A stretch of DNA of 64,000 bases, taken from contig OX597814.1 in assembly GCA_951406725.2 (NCBI GenBank), positions 172,732,001 to 172,796,000 of the forward strand. Direction: 5' to 3'. The notes under the pieces are model-generated. The model saw only the letters and a list, made by a program, of their open reading frames with translations, was not told where the DNA came from and did not search any database. The first letter of the stretch is position 1, and each line of letters begins with the position of its first letter. Shown here one piece after another: positions 57,083 to 64,000 of this stretch. This DNA comes from Octopus vulgaris (lineage: Eukaryota). The translations under genes and the position numbers were made by a program.

Positions 57083-57789
57083 TCAAACAAAAATACCCAT
57101 CTCTACTTATAGAAAATGGCATACAGCGGGCTATAAAAATACCTATACAACAACTTAGGACAACCCAAGGAAGAGGAAAACAAGAACAAGTCATACCATT
57201 CATAGTGACACACAACCCATGTCACCAGAATATCTTCAACATTGCCAAAGCAAACCTACCAATCATTGCCCAAAGTAATGAATTAAAAGACATAATCAAG
57301 GATCGAGCTATGGTGCTTAGTAAAAGACAGCCTAAAAACTTGAAAACATTACTAACAAAGGCAAAATTTGACCTCAGCAACAAAGACCAAACATTCACGG
57401 TATCTAAATGCAATGATAGCCGATGTGGCACATGCCAATTCATACATACCGGTCAATATATAAACACAAAAACCGGGAAAATATTCACAAACGCGAATAT
57501 GAACTGCAAAAGCAGAAATTTAATTTACTGCATCAAATGCCCAAATTGTGAAGAAATATATGTAGGTCAGACGGGAAACGCACTATTAGAACGCTCACGT
57601 GTACACCGGCAACAGATTAGAGACCCAGAGGTCCGTCAGATACCTTTGAGTAACCACCTAGCAACATGTGGTCGGAAAATATATATAATATTTCCATTCT
57701 ACAAATTACACAGCCCAAGTGAAATCGAGAGGAAAATCAGAGAAAAGAATTTTATTGATAAATTCGAACCCAAGCTAAATAAGCAATAA
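57070..57789 (+). CDS. 5'-truncated PLE ORF: RT thumb/linker and GIY-YIG endonuclease (Neptune-like)
   Basis: Uninterrupted 239 aa with the Cys-rich linker SKCNDSRCGTC, NLIYCIKCPNCEEIYVGQTG..R...H, catalytic RE and terminal P.LN. The start is not a genuine initiator (the fragment begins at the inversion junction). Confidence 0.88.
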   Translation: MVGLLKQKYPSLLIENGIQRAIKIPIQQLRTTQGRGKQEQVIPFIVTHNPCHQNIFNIAKANLPIIAQSNELKDIIKDRAMVLSKRQPKNLKTLLTKAKFDLSNKDQTFTVSKCNDSRCGTCQFIHTGQYINTKTGKIFTNANMNCKSRNLIYCIKCPNCEEIYVGQTGNALLERSRVHRQQIRDPEVRQIPLSNHLATCGRKIYIIFPFYKLHSPSEIERKIREKNFIDKFEPKLNKQ

Positions 57790-58103
57790 TAATAATACTT
57801 AGAGGTATTACTTCCACTGCTACGACCATGACCACTAACAACAACAACAATACTAAAGGTGATCAAGACGAAGATAGCAGGAAAATTATCTTATTTAGGG
57901 TTAAAAGTTCTATTGCCACCACCATCACCACTAGCAACAATAATTAAGGTGCTGACAATGATGATGACAATTGAAATATAAAAATATAAAAATCTCTGAC
58001 AAAGGATATTTACAACATTTCTAAAAATAACCCAACAATTGCTGCTTCGGCCAGGGTCAAGATACAGGACTCTTGACCTGTCCAACAAAGCGTGATGCCT
58101 AAA

Positions 58104-58217
58104 CCAATCAGCTCAACCAACCAATCAGCTTAAGTAATTGAGTGATACTACACACTGATTGGTCAGAATACAGTTTGCAAAACCTAGCACTCTGGAGCCT
58201 ACCCAGCTGTATTTATA
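58104..58217 (+). promoter_or_regulatory. Candidate pLTR Pol II promoter (3 CCAAT boxes, TATA-like box)
   Basis: CCAATCAG at 58104 and 58121, CTGATTGG at ~58155-58162, TATTTATA at 58210-58217, about 65 nt upstream of the hammerhead. Confidence 0.45.
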
Positions 58218-58280
58218 GCACAGAATCACTCATCTTGCTACAGTCAAAAATTGTGAAGCATGACTGTCAACACTACTACA

Positions 58281-58325
58281 TGAACCCGAAGATTGCAGAA
58301 TTCAATGCATGAAAGTACTAGTTCA
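58281..58325 (+). ncRNA. Minimal hammerhead ribozyme motif, CCGAAGA variant, in the PLE 3' pLTR
   Basis: TGAAC-CCGAAGA-tTGCA gaattcaa TGCAt-GAAA-GTAC-TA-GTTCA; palindromic AGTACT stem III; the first stem-II pair is a mismatch. Confidence 0.7.
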
Positions 58326-58456
58326 ATCAGAATGAATATTTAACATTCTACTATTTCATTTTATTTTATTCAATTATAATATATTATCTTATAATATATC
58401 ATTATAAGATTGTAAATAAAACGTGAAAATCAGACAAGGTTGGAATTCTTTTTATT

Positions 58457-58530
<74 letters not shown>

Positions 58531-58846
58531 AACGATCGTGATTTCGATTTCTGAACAGGGTGACAAATTTTGTAGTCGAATAAAGAACATCATTCTACTT
58601 GCTTCCGTCCACTCAGCGGAAAGTAACGGAGAAATGGTTTCAAGACGAGTGTTGATGCAGCTCTCCATCCTGCCGGTTGTCACGTGTTCTTTTTTCTTCT
58701 GAATCAAATCTAGGAAAGCTGAATAGGTGTTTATATCTACTGCTGATTACAAAGGCACCTAAAACAATTAAGGAATCTAAGGTACATGTCACCAAGTAAT
58801 ATTCATCTGCAAGTGATGAGTGTAGTTTTATATACATGCACAGATA

Positions 58847-59538
58847 TATGAGGGGGGAACCAAAAGAAACCGGAATTATACATTATTATTGTATTAACTT
58901 AGTTTTAAATTATTACACTTTTATCGCCTTCAAGGTATTCTCCATTTGAAGCAATGCCTCGGCTCAGGTGTGTTTTCCACTATTCGAAGCAGTGCTGGAA
59001 TTCTTGCAAAGTTCTAACTTTTAACGCCTCCGTTATTTTTTCTTCAACTGCTAATTCTATAACACTAGGTTCCATCATCAGTGATGATCTTCAAAAAAAA
59101 AAAAAAAGGTCCGGATCAACTTCCAGCTGTTCTTTCAGTTCACGCATTCAATTTTGACTGGTTTTGATCTTACGTGATCAAGCGAGGCACAAATTTTGAT
59201 GCAACTCTTTTCGTTCGCAATTCCTCGCTCAAAATTCGTTGGCAGGAGTTCCAGGACACACTAGTCACATAAACAAGTTCGTCAATTGTTCGGTGACGGC
59301 CCACCAAGGTAAATTCATGAATTATCATGAGGTTTTCACTCGTTCGAGAGATCGACGGTCACCCTGAACGAGCTTGGTATTCAAGCGACAAGTGACCATT
59401 CCTCGGGAGGTCGACGGTTGTCCTGAATGAATTTGGTCTTCAAGCGACATGTGATCATTCCGAAAGCGTGGAAAGCACTCGTAAACTTGTGTTTGCTCAT
59501 AGCAGCCGTTTGAAGCATGACAACTGTTTCGGCAGCCG
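58847..59538 (-). mobile_element. Internally deleted mariner relic
   Basis: TIR-like tatgaggggggaaccaaaagaaaccggaatt; minus-strand [31 protein letters not shown] (HTH-GRPR linker); ~59-bp tandem duplication at 59353-59462. Confidence 0.7.
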
Positions 59539-59596
<58 letters not shown>

Positions 59597-59629
59597 CTGT
59601 ATATTTATATATGTATATATATATATATG

Positions 59630-59660
<31 letters not shown>

Positions 59661-59709
59661 GTGTATGTATGTATATTTATATATGTATATATATATATAT
59701 ATATATATA

Positions 59710-59743
<34 letters not shown>

Positions 59744-59801
59744 TTCGTAATGAGATAAAAAAACAAGGCTGTGTAGATCTTAGAACATTTATAGATAGAT
59801 G

Positions 59802-59849
59802 GTCTTACAGCTGTTTCCAGGATATTCATTATATCCCTTCATCGGAGAC
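59802..59849 (-). ncRNA. Minimal hammerhead motif, CCGATGA variant
   Basis: Minus strand: GTCT-CCGATGA-agggatat aatga atatcctg-GAAAC-AGCT-GTA-AGAC. A decayed plus-strand copy of the same family lies at ~7271-7380. Confidence 0.72.
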
Positions 59850-59991
59850 GGTGTGAGAGGATGATTAAGAAATAGTTAATTTAGATAAGATATAAAATAG
59901 AGAGTGAGATTGAGGAAATAAACGAAAATAGATGTGAGATATGTAGGGATGTTGTATTTGTAGATTAGTAGATCAGTATATATCTGATATT

Positions 59992-60056
<65 letters not shown>

Positions 60057-60058
<2 letters not shown>

Positions 60059-61631
60059 ATAAAAACGGTAAGATAACAAAAGAAAGAAAGAGACCTCAAT
60101 ATTATGTAAATAGAGGAAATTTATCTATAAAATAATATGTTACAATTACTCAATAGTCAAGATAAAACTCTGAGTTTCAGATGCCGAAGTGGAAATCCAC
60201 AACACTATCTCTTCGGTTATCTGTCCATCTGAAAAAACGCTATGAAAAAATACCATTATATAAAGGGAAATTACTGTGTTATAATTCTACTACTTATATA
60301 AAATAAAATAAGATTAAAATTTCATAGTAAAACACGTAAACATGGCTAGACCCATGTGCGTACTTATACGTCACTATGAAAACGTACACATCTTCACTTG
60401 CATTTTTCGCCAAATATATACGCATATATATTCAAACTCATACACACACACATGCGTACTGTAAAAGTTCATACATACGTCTATATATGCACAAGCACAA
60501 GAAAGACCATGGTTAAAGGTACCAGAAAAAAAACATAAGGAAGTATACAAAGCATAAAAACCACGTTCATATACGGACATGCCCTTATGCACTCATACAC
60601 ACACACGCCCATGTATGTACATACCCGCACATGTTTATATACGCATACATACACACGAGTATACGGAAAATGAATATACATATGCCCCCCCTCCCAAAAA
60701 ACCTAAAAATGGAAAAATACTAAGTAAAAAAGTCTATATATATATGCATTCTTATGTCCGCACACACGCACACATCTAAAACTGCACACTCATACATATT
60801 CACACACGTATACAAATGAATCTATATACACGTCTATATAGGCACAGGAAAATTACAGAAAAAATTATGTGTGAAAATATAAAAATATATGAAATAATAA
60901 AAGGTTTAATGAGATAAAAATACTTTTTGGGACATAATATAGAAAGCAAGTTCTATTTTTTTTCTTTAGGGGACCAAAAACGTAACAAAAATTTTGTCGC
61001 ATATGGGCATGATCCGAAAAGTTCTGTCCTTGAGTTTAGACATGTAGTAGGGTTTAAGCTGCTTTTCCAGATAAGCCATCTCTCCATGTCGCATAGACTG
61101 CACTTTTAGCTGCCGTTGGTGTAGGGCTTACATTTGGCCAAAATCTTCCAATGGATGTTATAATTGACACCTTTATCTTTTAAAGACCAAATATGATTAG
61201 ATAATTTTGTCGCGTTTCTTTTGTTCCAGTGCCTAAAATTCAAGGTGTGGTAATTGAACCTGGCCTTGAAATTACCCTCTGTAAGGCCCACGTATTTCTT
61301 CATCGAAACGGTGTCTTTAGTGGTTATAGAGTTCACGGTAGCTTCATAGATGATGGTCTCGGACATGCAAGCTCCATTTAGCGGGCACAGTTTTTTATTC
61401 CTGCATGAACAGCTGTTTTCTTGTTGTGGTTTTTGTGTGTTATGTGTGATTATATTTTTAAAATTGGTAGTTGAACTAAAACTAATTTTTAAATTGTGTT
61501 TATTGAAGAGTTTCCTATAAGTATGGTTAACTGGAAAATGTCTATCTATCAGTGTTAAGAAATATTTACCTATATTGAAGGTCACCTCGGGTGAGTAAGC
61601 GGGTGTAAACCAGATGATCTTCCTATTTCTT
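60057..61631 (-). mobile_element. 5'-truncated Naiad-like Penelope element
   Basis: ORF 61106-61642 RKIIWFTPAYS..CSCRNKKLCPLNGAC..IIYEATV..YVGLTEGNFKARF..LSNHIWSLK; continues past a premature TAA into KCSLCDME..LNSRTEL; 3' UTR ends at (AT)n. Confidence 0.85.
60160..60222 (-). ncRNA. Hammerhead motif, CCGAAGA variant
   Basis: Minus strand: AGATAA-CCGAAGA-gat..gtgga/tccac..atc-t-GAAAC-tcaga-GTT-TTATCT; 6-bp stem I. Confidence 0.7.
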
Positions 61632-62450
61632 AGTAAACTCATTTGGCATCTCAGAGTCTGTAATAAACAATTTTCTATGGACTGGAAAGTTTTGTCAAGA
61701 TCGTTTCCCTATGATAAAGAGAAATCTTCCTGATCTCTTTGTACAGACGAACAACTATTTTTTTTCCATACACACACTTGTCAATACTAATAAGAAACTT
61801 GTCAATACCCATAAGGAACGTGTATTTAGAAAAAATATACTTTCAGCTATTTCAAATAATATCTACCCCCACTACCGAATAATGTCGGCAACTTACACTT
61901 TATTCTTTTTATACCATGCATCCCATTCTTTCCTTCATCTTTTCTATCCGTCTGTCATCCACTTTCTACTTGTTTATACCACAATTACTCCCTTAATTCT
62001 CTTTCTCTCTTCCTTCTCTTCTTCTCTCGTTCTATGACGTCAAAATTCTTAACGGTATTTAAAAAATTGCTATCGTTCCTTGCCACTTTTGTTTTCCATA
62101 TATATTATATATTATAATTTCTTACATCCGTATATATGGTTTATTGATGAGCACTGTTGCTTATAATTCTCTCCCTGATGAGATTGATGCATTTTCCCAC
62201 ATTATTCTACCTCTCGGATATATTTTAATGTATCAATCGAAACGTATGTTGGTGATGTGCTGATATAAATAATTTAAATAACATCTTGAGAGTTTGTCTC
62301 CAGTTTCCATTATTCTTATGTTCTCCAAAACACGTCGCACTTCTCTTCGGAATTATCACCCATGCAAGTGTGATTACTAATTTCTTAGGCGCTTATGTGA
62401 CATTTAGCTATCCTGCTACTGTTCCTCTGGATCTTTCCTTGTAAATTAAC
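61629..62450 (+). mobile_element. Second Naiad-like PLE 3' fragment
   Basis: LSKLIWHLRVCNKQFSMDWKVLSRSFPYDKEKSS*SLCTDEQLF aligns with the 38-kb and 61-kb endonuclease C-termini; followed by a tail with a hammerhead. Confidence 0.75.
62170..62255 (+). ncRNA. Minimal type-I hammerhead motif
   Basis: tctcc-CTGATGA-GATTGATGCATT...AATGTATCAATC-GAAAC-gtat-GTT-ggtga; 12-bp stem II. Confidence 0.72.
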
Positions 62451-62455
62451 AGACA

Positions 62456-62491
<36 letters not shown>

Positions 62492-63229
62492 TCATACACA
62501 CACACACACACATACACACATATATATATATATAATGTATGTATTCATAAAATATACAGGTACATACAAAAAGACACCTCACTTATGAGCTTAGATCCAC
62601 AAACAAATGCACGCGTTCATAAATATATATTCCTACGAAATATATATAGTTGCTGAGGTCGGTATTCATAAATCATTTCAAAGAGCGTACTTTATGCAAT
62701 TAACAAAATGGGCACAGTTTGAAACAAAATTATAGATTAAGAACTTTGTTTTCGCTGACCAACATTCTCGTACGGTTTTATTATAGACCAGACGTTTTTT
62801 TCGGCCGAAAATAGCACCAAACAATCGCCAGTTATCACTGAGCAGATCAGTATAAGAGATATTTTGCTTTGAAGATGTTTAAGTTCATATGCAGTCGAGA
62901 AGATAAAGGATTTTTTAAAAAATCGTTCGCTTCAGAATAGCCGGAACGACACCTGTGGTAATATCATTTAAATATTAAAAGTATTTAGACAAAGGTTTCT
63001 GAAGTTTTATCATTTGGTGTGGTTTAAAACGCTATAGAGGGAAGTGACATAACAAAGTGAATTAGTGTGGGTGAAAGGCAATGAATGTTAGTGCATTGGA
63101 TATGCATTTGCGTGTATGGAGAAGGAAAGAAGGAAAGGAGAAACAGGTAGAGTAACAATTTAATCTCTTCTTACGCACTGGGTCACTCATTTCTTTAGCT
63201 GAAAGATACAAATTTCTCTCTTTCTCTTT

Positions 63230-63298
<69 letters not shown>

Positions 63299-63517
63299 TA
63301 CAGACTGATTGATTTTATACACATAAGCGTCTACCTACTTGTGCACGCGCGCGTTGAATATAGTTTATTGAAGCTGGTCCTGGTAAGTTGAAGGTTTCCC
63401 ATAACATAGAAACCCCAGTTTAACTGGTCACTGAGCTGATTTGAATAAAGACGCTTGTGCACTCTACGCAGGTATTGAATACTCCTTCTCCAGATCGTTA
63501 CCCCGAAGCGATATACA

Positions 63518-63583
<66 letters not shown>

Positions 63584-63727
63584 TGTGACCCCAAATGACA
63601 TTTGCCAGGCCAACCTATGCACAACACACACTCAGTGACATTGAAATGGACAGCCAAAGTTCTTATAAAACCACAGGGGGTCCAGCAGACCAACGGAAAT
63701 AACACTTCTTCACTCTCAGATATAAAT

Positions 63728-63785
<58 letters not shown>

Positions 63786-64000
63786 ACATATTTTCTCTCT
63801 GTCTCACTTCCTCCTCACCCACTACTACGAAACTATAAAAAGGTTCAAACTACCCACAACTGATTTGATTTGAAAACCCACTAGAATGGGAGCAAGCGCT
63901 AATCCGAATGATATGATATATATGTAAAAAATGTAATATATAAATAAATATCTACAAATATGAACCATCTGATCTGATTACCTCAATTTTTCTAATATAT

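Larger units (their letters stand above)
55869..58463. mobile_element. Young Penelope-like retroelement insertion with 1215-bp inverted duplication
   Basis: Arms 55869-57083 and 57249-58463 are reverse complements around a 165-bp spacer. One difference was seen (56748/57584, Pro vs Leu); a full alignment was not computed. Confidence 0.95.

Noticed and set aside
56244-58088. Identical 65-aa ORFs at 56244(+) and 57891(-), and antisense ORFs at 56889/57222
   Set aside because: By-products of the inverted duplication, antisense to the PLE sequence.

Overview
AT-rich, microsatellite-saturated animal genomic DNA. The SINE and retroelement repertoire looks like an octopus/cephalopod genome (inference from repeat style, not verified). 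No host protein-coding gene can be called with confidence: almost all listed ORFs are translations of (TA)n/(TATG)n/(CT)n/(CA)n tracts. The real coding signal comes from transposon relics: three GIY-YIG Penelope-like retroelement (PLE) loci (one Neptune-like, forming a near-perfect 1.2-kb inverted duplication; the others Naiad-like), CR1/L2-, RTE- and RLE-type LINE fragments, Tc1/mariner relics, a Helitron helicase fragment, non-autonomous Helitrons and at least four tRNA-derived SINE families. The most striking hidden layer is about 11 minimal type-I hammerhead ribozyme motifs, read by eye on both strands, from about 10 different families. Several carry a CCGANGA core variant, most have a palindromic stem-III loop, and they sit in PLE-type 3' tails that end at (AT)n microsatellites and often carry inverted duplications. 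One Naiad-like endonuclease fragment has an in-frame TGA exactly at the first Cys of its CxxCxxE motif (candidate selenocysteine). All structures were folded manually, and coordinates of degenerate repeats are approximate.
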